Origin: an uncultured Planctomycetia bacterium | GTDB taxonomy: Bacteria > Omnitrophota > Gorgyraeia > Duberdicusellales > 4484-171 | Assembly (NCBI GenBank): GCA_964536865.1 | Contig: CAZHYN010000020.1 | Location: 1 to 12,511 of the forward strand | DNA length: 12,511 bases | Direction of reading: 5' to 3' | In this document: piece by piece, positions 1 through 6,009 of the stretch | Layout of the letters: every line of letters begins with the position of its first letter | Numbering within the stretch: position 1 is the stretch's first letter | Program-made: the position numbers and the translations under genes | Notes under the pieces: generated by a model | Database searches by the model: none | Told to the model about the DNA's origin: nothing | Seen by the model: the letters and a program-made list of their open reading frames with translations, nothing else

Positions 1-56
1 GCTGAGAATATATATAATATAATTATAAAGAACCATTTGATTGAAAAGATTATAAA

Positions 57-239
57 GTGATGAAAATTTTTAAGAGAATTATTAAAAAGTTAGGAATTTT
101 AAAAGAACTTTTTAGTTTTTTATGGCAGAATAAATTATGGTGGATGATACCTTTAATTTTGGTTTTTCTAATTTTGGGGATTTTAATCTGGTTTGCTCAA
201 AGTTCCGCGGTAATTCCTTTTATTTATACCTTGTTTTGA
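57..239 (+). CDS. DUF5989 / SxtK-like small membrane protein
   Basis: 60-aa ORF starting at GTG 57 or, more likely, ATG 60. It has a basic N-terminus, one hydrophobic helix (WWMIPLILVFLILGILIW) and a C-terminal SSAVIPFIYTLF. This matches the pattern I recall for the DUF5989/SxtK family found next to O-carbamoyltransferases. The TGA stop at 237-239 overlaps the next ATG (239) by 1 nt. Confidence 0.7.
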   Translation: MMKIFKRIIKKLGILKELFSFLWQNKLWWMIPLILVFLILGILIWFAQSSAVIPFIYTLF

Positions 240-442
240 TGAAAAGCATTTTTAAAAAATTAAAAAGTTTCTCTCAAAAGATAATTAATATTTTAGTAGG
301 AATAATTAACTTTATTTTTTATTTTCTTTTTATTACTCCTTTAGCAATATTTATAAGACCTAAAGAAAAAAATAAATCTTTCTCATATTGGAAAAACACA
401 AAAGAGGTAGAAAATATAAAAGATTTTCTAAAATCCCAATAA
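239..442 (+). CDS. short SxtJ-like membrane protein (corresponds to the C-terminal half of the family)
   Basis: Internal ATG at 239 within track ORF 137-442 gives a 67-aa product, MKSIFKKLKSFSQKIINILVGIINFIFYFLFITPLAIFIRPKEKNKSFSYWKNTKE...KSQ. The hydrophobic helix with ..FFLxxTPxxxxxR, followed by SYW, resembles the C-terminal part of SxtJ-family proteins as I recall them. The TAA stop at 440-442 directly abuts the carbamoyltransferase ATG at 443. Confidence 0.5.
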   Translation: MKSIFKKLKSFSQKIINILVGIINFIFYFLFITPLAIFIRPKEKNKSFSYWKNTKEVENIKDFLKSQ

Positions 443-2215
443 ATGTATATCTTAGGAATCAGCTGTTATTATCATGATTCATCTGCAGCTCTTCTAAAAG
501 ATGGAAAGTTAGTTTCAGCTGCATCTGAAGAAAGATTTTCTCGCATAAAACATGATTTTTCATTTCCCTATAATGCTATTAAATTTTGTCTTGAATATGA
601 AAATATTAAAGGAGAGGACCTAAATTATATTGTTTTCTATGAGAAACCATTTTTGAAATTTGAAAGAATTATAAAGACAATTATATTTACTTATCCTAAA
701 TCCTGTTTTTTATTTAATGAAGTAGCAAAAAATTGGCTTAAAGAAAAGCTCTGGATAAAAGAAAAAATTTCTGATTTTTTAAATATTAAGGAAGATAAAA
801 TATTATTCTGCAAGCACCATCTTTCTCATGCAGCAAGTAGTTTCTTTTGTTCTTCTTTTAATGAAGCTGCAATTTTGACGGTAGATGGAGTGGGAGAATG
901 GGCAACTACTACTTTAGGAGTAGGAATATTTAATGATAATAAAAAAGAAATTAAAATTTTAAAAGAGATTTATTTTCCTTATTCTTTGGGTCTTCTTTAT
1001 TCTGTATTTACTGCCTTTTTGGGATTTAAAATAAATAATGGAGAATATAAAGTAATGGGAATGAGTGCATATGGAGCACCTAAATATAAAGATAAAATTT
1101 ATAATGAGTTGATAAGAGTAAATTCTGATGGGAGTTTTAAGTTAAATATGAGGTATTTTTCTTATCATTACTCAACAAGAAATAGTTTTAACAAGAATTT
1201 TATAAAATTATTTGGTAAGCCAAGAAAACCAAATCAAAGATTTGTTTTATCAAAAGATGATTTTTCTTACCATAATTCTCTCATAACCGATGAAGAAGCA
1301 AAAGAAAATAAACGTTTTGCTGATATCTCATCAAGTATTCAAGAGGTAACAGAAGAAATATTAATTAAAATAGCAAATTATCTATATAAAATTACAGGAC
1401 TTAAAAAATTATGTATAGCAGGAGGAGTGGGCCTAAATTGTGTAGCTAACTATAAAATTCTCAAAAATACTCCTTTTGATGAAGTTTATATTCAACCTCA
1501 TGCAGGTGATGGAGGTGGAGCAGTTGGGGCGTGTTTATATGTATGGCATTGTCTTTTAAATAAAAAAGAAAGATTTATTATGAGAAATGCTTATTGGGGA
1601 AAGGAATATAGCAGTTTTTATATTAAAAATTTTCTTGATAAAAATAGTATAAATTATAAAGAATTTAAAGATGAAGATGAGTTGCTAAATTATATAACAG
1701 ATTCTTTACTTGAACAAAAAATAGTAGGATGGTTTCAAGGACGTTTTGAGTGGGGACCACGTGCTTTGGGAAATCGTTCTATCTTGGCTGATCCAAGAGA
1801 TAGAAAAATGAAAGATAAGATTAATTTAAAAATAAAATTTAGAGAACCTTTTAGACCATTTTCTCCCTCAGTATTATATGAACATACAAATTTAATTTTT
1901 GATGTAGAAGATATCAAAAATCACTATCCTTTTCGCTTTATGCTTTATACAGTGCCTGTTAAAAATGATATTATTCCTGCTGCAACTCATATTGATAAAA
2001 CAGCACGCCCTCAGTTTATTGAAAAAAAGGATAATTTTTTATATTATAAATTAATTGAAAATTTTTATAAAAAAACAGGTATTCCTGCTTTACTTAATAC
2101 TTCTTTTAACTTAAAAGGAGAACCTATTGTAGATTCACCATTTGATGCACTTAATACCTTTAGAAAAAGTAATTTAGATATTCTTGTAATAGATAGACTT
2201 GTATTAGAAAAATGA
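443..2215 (+). CDS. carbamoyltransferase, NodU/CmcH family
   Basis: 590 aa. The N-terminal ILGISCYYHDSSAALLKDGKLVSAASEERFSRIKHD, the HHLSHAASSF motif and the C-terminal-domain GRFEWGPRALGNRSILADPR are classic for this family. The stop overlaps the next start (ATGA at 2212-2215). Confidence 0.92.
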   Translation: MYILGISCYYHDSSAALLKDGKLVSAASEERFSRIKHDFSFPYNAIKFCLEYENIKGEDLNYIVFYEKPFLKFERIIKTIIFTYPKSCFLFNEVAKNWLKEKLWIKEKISDFLNIKEDKILFCKHHLSHAASSFFCSSFNEAAILTVDGVGEWATTTLGVGIFNDNKKEIKILKEIYFPYSLGLLYSVFTAFLGFKINNGEYKVMGMSAYGAPKYKDKIYNELIRVNSDGSFKLNMRYFSYHYSTRNSFNKNFIKLFGKPRKPNQRFVLSKDDFSYHNSLITDEEAKENKRFADISSSIQEVTEEILIKIANYLYKITGLKKLCIAGGVGLNCVANYKILKNTPFDEVYIQPHAGDGGGAVGACLYVWHCLLNKKERFIMRNAYWGKEYSSFYIKNFLDKNSINYKEFKDEDELLNYITDSLLEQKIVGWFQGRFEWGPRALGNRSILADPRDRKMKDKINLKIKFREPFRPFSPSVLYEHTNLIFDVEDIKNHYPFRFMLYTVPVKNDIIPAATHIDKTARPQFIEKKDNFLYYKLIENFYKKTGIPALLNTSFNLKGEPIVDSPFDALNTFRKSNLDILVIDRLVLEK

Positions 2216-3216
2216 AAATAAATATTTATAAAAGAATATTCTTAATTATTTTCGTCCCTTTAATTTTTCTTTTTTTAACAGAGTTTTTTTTAAGAGTATC
2301 TATTTGGAATGAAAAATTAGGCCCTCAAAGATTTTATGGTGGATTAGAAGATCATTCTTTATTTTGGAATCCTAATAATATCATTAGAATTCCCATTGAT
2401 GAATATAGACTTAAAAATGAATTTAGAGGAAGAAAATATTCTTTAAAGAAACTTAAAGGCACTATTAGAATAATTTGTCTGGGAGGTTCTTTTACCTATG
2501 GATGGCCTTATATTCATAATCCTGAGCTTTCTTACCCTTTTGTTTTAGAGAAGCTTTTAAATGAAAGTAAGTTTTTATCTTCAAAATATGAAGTTATAAA
2601 TGCAGGAGTAGGAGGATATACTTCTTATCAAGGTCTTTTTTATTTTAAATACAGATTAATAAAGTTTAACCCTGATATAGTAATAGTGTGTTTCGGAGCA
2701 AACGATAGTAATAATAATTTAGAGATAGGGAGTTTTCTGACTGATAAAGAATATTATCAAAGACTTTTAAAATTATCAAAAAATAAGATGCTGTTTAGAA
2801 TATATAATTTTTTAAATAATTTAAGAATATACGCTCTTATTGAAAAGATAGTTTTTAATATTAAAAAAATATTTATAAGACCTAAAAAAAGAGTTCCTCC
2901 TTCAGAATTTAAATCTAATTTAGAAGAGTTTATAAGATTATCAAAAAAATATCATTTTAAACTTTTGCTTATGTTAGAGCCTCATAGAAGGTTAGAAAAT
3001 TTTTATCAAGAAGTAAAAAATAATCTTTATTGTAATATAATGTATAAATTAGCACTTAAAAACAAAGAGGTAATTTTAATAGATACAATTTCTTTAGTAA
3101 AAAAATATAGAGATGATGAGATTTTTTGTGACATTATGCATTTTAATTCTTTTGGGTATAAAATTTTAGCAAGATATATATATGATATTCTTTTAAGAAA
3201 AAATTTATTAAGATGA
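2212..3216 (+). CDS. membrane-anchored SGNH/GDSL-family hydrolase (esterase/acyl-modifying enzyme)
   Basis: 334 aa with an N-terminal TM helix (IFLIIFVPLIFLFLTEFFL). SGNH blocks are present: block I as the GGS variant in ICLGGSFTYGW, block II NAGVGGYTS, block III FGANDS, and block V DxxH in CDIMHFN. ATGA overlaps occur at both ends (2212-2215 and 3213-3216). Confidence 0.75.
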   Translation: MKINIYKRIFLIIFVPLIFLFLTEFFLRVSIWNEKLGPQRFYGGLEDHSLFWNPNNIIRIPIDEYRLKNEFRGRKYSLKKLKGTIRIICLGGSFTYGWPYIHNPELSYPFVLEKLLNESKFLSSKYEVINAGVGGYTSYQGLFYFKYRLIKFNPDIVIVCFGANDSNNNLEIGSFLTDKEYYQRLLKLSKNKMLFRIYNFLNNLRIYALIEKIVFNIKKIFIRPKKRVPPSEFKSNLEEFIRLSKKYHFKLLLMLEPHRRLENFYQEVKNNLYCNIMYKLALKNKEVILIDTISLVKKYRDDEIFCDIMHFNSFGYKILARYIYDILLRKNLLR

Positions 3217-4379
3217 ATATTCTAATGATACATCCTCATGATTTGTTCGCACATGCAGAACCTTGGACAATAAGAATTATAAATATTGCAAAAGAGTTTA
3301 TAAAATTAAATCATAAAGTAAAGCTTTGTTATTTTCCTTTATCTTTTGAAGAAAAAAACACAAGAAAAATTGATTCTATAGAAATTTTTCCTCTTGAAAG
3401 AACCCCTAGCCCACTTTCTTTTTTAAGAAATATAAAAAAAATAGTAGAATTATCAAAATGGGCTGATATTATTCATTTTCAAAAATGTCATCATTATGCT
3501 TCTATACCAACGGTGGTTGCTGCATATTTGATGGCTAAACCTTTACATTATGACTGGGATGATTGGGAGGAAAAAATATGGTATGAATCTTGTGGAAAAA
3601 GTTTTCATTCAAGATTTATAGGTATTTCTTTTAAGGTTTTGGAAAGGTGGTTGCCAATTTTGGCTGACTCTATATCTTGCTCAAGTAATTACTTAAAGAA
3701 CTTAGCTCATAAATTTGGAGTAAAAAAGGAATATATTTTTGATAGTCCGGTGGGAGCAGATTTAGAGCAATTTAAACTTGGTTTAGATGGAAGCTGGGTT
3801 AGAGAAAGATATAATATAAAAGGTCATTTGGTTCTTTATATTGGTCAACTTCATGGTGCTCAGTATGTAGATTTACTTTTAAGAGCAGCCAATATAGTTC
3901 TTCATAAATATTCTCCTGTTACTTTTATGATTGTGGGTGAAGGTTTTTTGGAGAAGAAGTTAAAGAAATTAGCTTATCAGTTAGGTATAGAGGGTAAGAT
4001 TATCTTTACAGGAGCTATTAGGCACCAGGATATCCCTTATTATATTGCTGCTTCTGATATATGTGTGGCTCCTTTTAAATATACCCAGGTAACTAAATGT
4101 AAAAGCCCTTTGAAAATCGTAGAATATTTAGCTTCTGGTAAGCCGATCGTGGCAAGTAATGTGGGAGAGGTAAGAAAGATGGTAGGAGGGGTGGGTATGT
4201 TAGTAAAGCCTGGTGATCATCGAGTTTTAGCAGAAGCTATAATTTTTCTTCTTGAAAATGGAGAAATAAGAAAGGAGTTAGGTAAAAGAGCAAGAAAAAG
4301 AGCAGAGCAAAAATATAACTGGAGTTATACTGCTAAATCGATACTTTCTGCTTATGAGAAAATTTTAAATAACTCATAA
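3213..4379 (+). CDS. glycosyltransferase, GT4 family (GT-B fold)
   Basis: 388 aa. It starts with MNILMIHPH. The C-terminal half, VGEGFLEKKLKKLAYQLGIEGKIIFTGAI...PLKIVEYLASGKPIVASNVGEV...LVKPGD, is typical of the GT4 nucleotide-sugar-binding domain. Confidence 0.85.
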   Translation: MNILMIHPHDLFAHAEPWTIRIINIAKEFIKLNHKVKLCYFPLSFEEKNTRKIDSIEIFPLERTPSPLSFLRNIKKIVELSKWADIIHFQKCHHYASIPTVVAAYLMAKPLHYDWDDWEEKIWYESCGKSFHSRFIGISFKVLERWLPILADSISCSSNYLKNLAHKFGVKKEYIFDSPVGADLEQFKLGLDGSWVRERYNIKGHLVLYIGQLHGAQYVDLLLRAANIVLHKYSPVTFMIVGEGFLEKKLKKLAYQLGIEGKIIFTGAIRHQDIPYYIAASDICVAPFKYTQVTKCKSPLKIVEYLASGKPIVASNVGEVRKMVGGVGMLVKPGDHRVLAEAIIFLLENGEIRKELGKRARKRAEQKYNWSYTAKSILSAYEKILNNS

Positions 4380-4396
4380 AAAAAGCTAATTACAAG

Positions 4397-4597
4397 TTAT
4401 TGGGAGAGGTGTTAGTAGAGAAAGGATTTGTTAAAAAGAGGATTTAGAGAAAGCATTAGAAAGAAGAAAAAAAGAAGAAAATGTTGGGAGAGATTCTTTT
4501 AGAGATAGGTAGTTTAAAAGAAGAAGAGTTAGTCCACCTTTTAAGTTTAACTCTTCTTATTTACCTTATAGAAAAATATAAAATATTATGCAGTTGA
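4397..4597 (+). pseudogene. decayed fragment of a gene with tandem LGE(V/I)L(V/L)E.G helical repeats (MshEN / type II secretion ATPase N-terminal-domain-like)
   Basis: Frame 2 reads LLGEVLVEKGFVKK and hits a stop at 4445. Frame 1 continues EDLEKALERRKKEEN. Frame 2 resumes at ATG 4481 with MLGEILLEIGSLKEEELVHLL..., with a stop at 4595-4597. Two compensating frame changes lie at A-runs (4433-4437 and 4467-4473). The spliced reading looks like two MshEN-type repeats. Confidence 0.3.
4521..4558. repeat. perfect 11-bp inverted repeat (AAGAAGAGTTA / TAACTCTTCTT) with a 16-nt loop; possible weak terminator for the upstream operon
   Basis: 4521-4531 is the exact reverse complement of 4548-4558. It is followed by ATTTACC, which is only a weak T tract, and it lies about 140 nt after the GT4 stop. 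Confidence 0.3.
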
Positions 4598-4614
4598 GTA
4601 TAACCTACTAAAAA

Positions 4615-4631
4615 GTAGTGATTCTTTTTAA
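4615..4631 (+). repeat. GTAGTGATTcTTTTTAA, copy 1 of a 17-nt direct repeat
   Basis: Identical to 4802-4818 except at one position (c versus a). Confidence 0.6.
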
Positions 4632-4702
4632 TCTCTTTCTTAATTGGTCGTTGTAACTTCATATTTTGGTTTCCTCATTATATTCTATTATTCTATAGGC
4701 AA

Positions 4703-4798
4703 TCACTCCTTTTTAGAGAATAAAATTATACTTCTTGAATATTGCCTATTAAAAATTTTCCACTTAAGGTTAGATTCGCCCCTTGGCGAAAACATTTT
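4703..4798 (-). pseudogene. second, inverted scrap of a transposase C-terminus
   Basis: The minus-strand reading KMFSPRGESNLKWKIFNRQ...KKE* parallels the C-terminal ..LSAKGESASD..DWDKFFKE of the + strand remnant. A roughly 20-nt nucleotide-level match exists in inverted orientation (4772-4792 versus 5482-5501). Confidence 0.3.
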
Positions 4799-4801
4799 AT
4801 T

Positions 4802-4818
4802 GTAGTGATTATTTTTAA
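4802..4818 (+). repeat. GTAGTGATTaTTTTTAA, copy 2 of the 17-nt direct repeat
   Basis: See 4615-4631. The two copies lie 187 bp apart and flank the inverted transposase scrap. Confidence 0.6.
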
Positions 4819-4880
4819 CATTTTGTTATTGTAACTACAACTATTAAAAAATAACTTCAAATTCTTCTAAAAATATAATA

Positions 4881-4911
4881 GGCTCAACCTCCTAAGATAA
4901 GGAGGTGAGCC
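4881..4911 (+). promoter_or_regulatory. hairpin sequestering the Shine-Dalgarno sequence of the transposase remnant
   Basis: GGCTCAaCCTCC (4881-4892), loop TAAGATAA, GGAGGTGAGCC (4901-4911). This gives an 11-bp stem with one bulged A. The GGAGG at 4901-4905 is the only SD for the ATG at 4913. Confidence 0.5.
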
Positions 4912-4912
4912 T

Positions 4913-5561
4913 ATGCAAATTGAGCTAAAAATCACCTTAAAGATACCAAATAAATTAAGGGATGTCAATAGTATCGAGGAGTTTGTTTTTAGAGAAAGGA
5001 ACAAAATTGGCAAGATGATATTTGTTAAGATTTTAAAGAAAATAGAAGAGAAAAGATTAAATAACTTAAAGAAAGCCACCAAATTAGGTGAATTTAGCTG
5101 TTATCTTTATACTCGGTTAGGAATTATCAGATAAGCAAGATGGAAGATAAAATTCAAAGAAAAAACCTATTATTTACTGGATAAAGTGATAAATCTAAAT
5201 CCTTTAAAAGCTACCAACTATATCTTAAAGAGAGCCTCTCAATTACCTGTTGACTATACATATCGCCAAGCCTCCTATCTTTTATCAAAATAAAGGCAAG
5301 GTTATAAGAGAGAATTTAGAGACAAAGCTAGTTTGTGTTAAAAGGCAATAAAAGAAAAAAAGACTAAATAAACTATTCTTAAAATATCTTCTGAAGCAGA
5401 GCAAACCGATAATAGAGATAATAATTAGCAAGATTAAAAACAAGGTATGAGGGGCAGAAGCTCTTCTTAAATTAAGAATCCTTTCCGCCAAAGGCGAATC
5501 TGCCTCTGACAGAGAACAAAATAAAGAGGATTGGGATAAGTTCTTTAAGGAGGTAAAATAG
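4913..5561 (+). pseudogene. ISLre2 / UPF0236-family-like transposase pseudogene (N-terminal part, in-frame stop, internal deletion, C-terminal tail)
   Basis: 4913-5293 is one frame. It reads MQIELK..NSIEEFVFRERNKIGKMIFVKILKKIEEK...TRLGIIR, then TAA (5132-5134), then ARWKIKFKEKTYYLLDKVINLNPLKATNYILKRASQLPVDYTYRQASYLLSK*. The ..YYLLD..L.. and ..SYR.A.. spacing matches UPF0236/ISLre2 N-termini as I recall them. 5352-5561 is in a different frame and reads ..IEIIISKIKNKV(TGA)GAEALLKLRILSAKGES..EDWDKFFKEVK*, which resembles the family's C-terminal ..W..G......L.. tail with TGA in place of the expected Trp TGG. Confidence 0.55.
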
Positions 5562-5590
5562 AATTAAAGTTATATCAATTTTGGGGACGC

Positions 5591-5644
5591 AATCACTTAA
5601 AAGCTAAATCTTGCCTAAGAGTAAAATTTATGATATAAGTGATT
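5591..5644. repeat. 9-bp perfect inverted repeat AATCACTTA / TAAGTGATT with a 36-nt loop
   Basis: 5591-5599 is the exact reverse complement of 5636-5644. It shares the AGTGATT core with the repeats at 4615, 4701 (inverse) and 4802. Confidence 0.55.
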
Positions 5645-5650
5645 ACTATT

Positions 5651-5670
5651 TTTGCGCGAGTGGTGGTAAC
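5651..5670 (+). other. duplicated 5' end of the tRNA-Leu gene (tRNA fragment, not a functional tRNA)
   Basis: TTTGCGCGaGTGGTGGtAAC versus TTTGCGCGgGTGGTGG-AAC at 5777-5795, which is the upstream TTT plus the acceptor and D stems of the real tRNA. There is one mismatch and one indel. No anticodon or T arm follows. Confidence 0.55.
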
Positions 5671-5674
5671 AACT

Positions 5675-5691
5675 CTCGCCCGAAGGGCGAG
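5675..5691 (+). other. GC-rich hairpin CTCGCCC-GAA-GGGCGAG followed by TATTTAATT
   Basis: A perfect 7-bp stem with a 3-nt loop. The left arm can alternatively pair with GCGAG at 5656-5660 inside the tRNA-fragment duplicate. It is terminator-like, but the T tract is weak. Confidence 0.35.
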
Positions 5692-5779
5692 TATTTAATT
5701 AGTTGTTCCCACATTGGCTTGGAAAGAAAAATAAGTTTAAGCATTAAATAGAACTAACAAGATGAGATACAAAGTGTTT

Positions 5780-5862
5780 GCGCGGGTGGTGGAACTGGCA
5801 GACACATACGTTTGAGGGGCGTATGGGTAACCCCCGTGCGGGTTCAAGTCCCGCCCCGCGCA
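5780..5862 (+). tRNA. tRNA-Leu (anticodon GAG), class II with long variable arm, CCA not encoded
   Basis: Folded by hand. Acceptor GCGCGGG/CCCGCGC plus discriminator A. D arm GTGG-AACTGGCAG-ACAC, the same architecture as E. coli tRNA-Leu including G13.A22. Anticodon stem TACGT/GCGTA with loop TT-GAG-GG. Variable arm TGGGTAACCCCCGT. T arm GCGGG-TTCAAGT-CCCGC. Confidence 0.85.
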
Positions 5863-5981
5863 TAGTTCAGTATTTATTCAAATAGTTTTAGTTTTACATC
5901 TCCGTTTAAAATATCTTTTTTCTAACCCCTAAATTGACTTTATTTTTTAAACTTAAACCGAAATTTAAAATTTAAACTGTA

Positions 5982-6009
5982 TTGACATTTTATAAATATA
6001 TAGTATTTT
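5982..6009 (+). promoter_or_regulatory. candidate sigma70-type promoter for etfB (TTGACA, 16 nt spacer, TATTTT)
   Basis: TTGACA at 5982-5987 is a perfect -35 box. TATTTT at 6004-6009 matches the -10 consensus at 4 of 6 positions, including A2 and T6. The etfB ATG is at 6019, so the predicted leader is only about 0-3 nt and no SD is visible. Confidence 0.35.

Larger units (their letters stand above)
4802..5599 (+). mobile_element. internally deleted, inactivated IS remnant (ISLre2/UPF0236-like); boundaries tentative
   Basis: The transposase pseudogene 4913-5561 is bracketed by TAGTGATT (4803-4810) on the left and its near inverse AATCACTT (5591-5598) on the right, which are candidate terminal inverted repeats. 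The element is about 0.8 kb, whereas a transposase ORF alone would need more than 1.3 kb, so most of the catalytic core is missing. Confidence 0.35.

Noticed and set aside
137-442. The full 101-aa ORF from the track as the gene upstream of the carbamoyltransferase
   Set aside because: Its first 34 codons overlap the DUF5989 gene in another frame and give a non-hydrophobic, unfamiliar peptide. The internal ATG at 239 gives a coupled (TGATG) start and a product matching the SxtJ tail.
1735-1917. 60-aa minus-strand ORF inside the carbamoyltransferase
   Set aside because: It is a shadow ORF antisense to the most conserved part of a confident gene, with no start context or recognisable motifs.
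4561-4662. 33-aa minus-strand ORF (MKLQRPIKKEIKKNHYFLVGYTQ...) with GAGGA 9 nt upstream and an adjacent TATAAT
   Set aside because: The TATAAT (4682-4677) directly abuts the SD, so a transcript from it would start downstream of the SD. The ORF also runs through the repeat copy at 4615-4623 and the MshEN-like remnant, so it is probably fortuitous.
4867-5082. 71-aa minus-strand ORF over the transposase N-terminal remnant
   Set aside because: It is antisense to a reading frame with recognisable transposase similarity. It is a hydrophobic low-complexity product of AT-rich DNA with no SD.
4913-5134. 73-aa ORF as an intact small gene
   Set aside because: The same frame continues with clear transposase-like sequence after the TAA at 5132-5134, so this is the head of a pseudogene. 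Residual expression cannot be excluded because the SD and ATG are intact.
5448-5450. TGA at a conserved Trp position as evidence for an alternative genetic code (TGA = Trp or Gly)
   Set aside because: TGA terminates several confident genes here (57-239, 443-2215, 2212-3216 and etfB 6019-6807) at positions consistent with family lengths and coupled restarts. The surrounding ORF is independently broken, so this is a TGG to TGA decay mutation.
5285-5491. 68-aa minus-strand ORF
   Set aside because: It is antisense to the transposase C-terminal fragment, for the same reasons as the ORF at 4867-5082.
4615-5653. The repeated GTAGTGATT motif as a CRISPR array
   Set aside because: The repeats are only 9-17 nt, in mixed orientation and at irregular spacing (about 80 to 800 nt), with no cas genes.
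5780-5862. Reading the tRNA as tRNA-Ser(UGA)
   Set aside because: That requires a 9-nt anticodon loop (stem ATACG/CGTAT). The TACGT/GCGTA stem gives a canonical 7-nt loop with U33 and anticodon GAG, and the D arm matches the tRNA-Leu architecture.
5863-5981. A terminator or ncRNA downstream of the tRNA
   Set aside because: No convincing stem-loop or conserved RNA signature could be folded by eye. There are only AT-rich sequence and TTAAAC repeats, which are reported under the etfB promoter finding.
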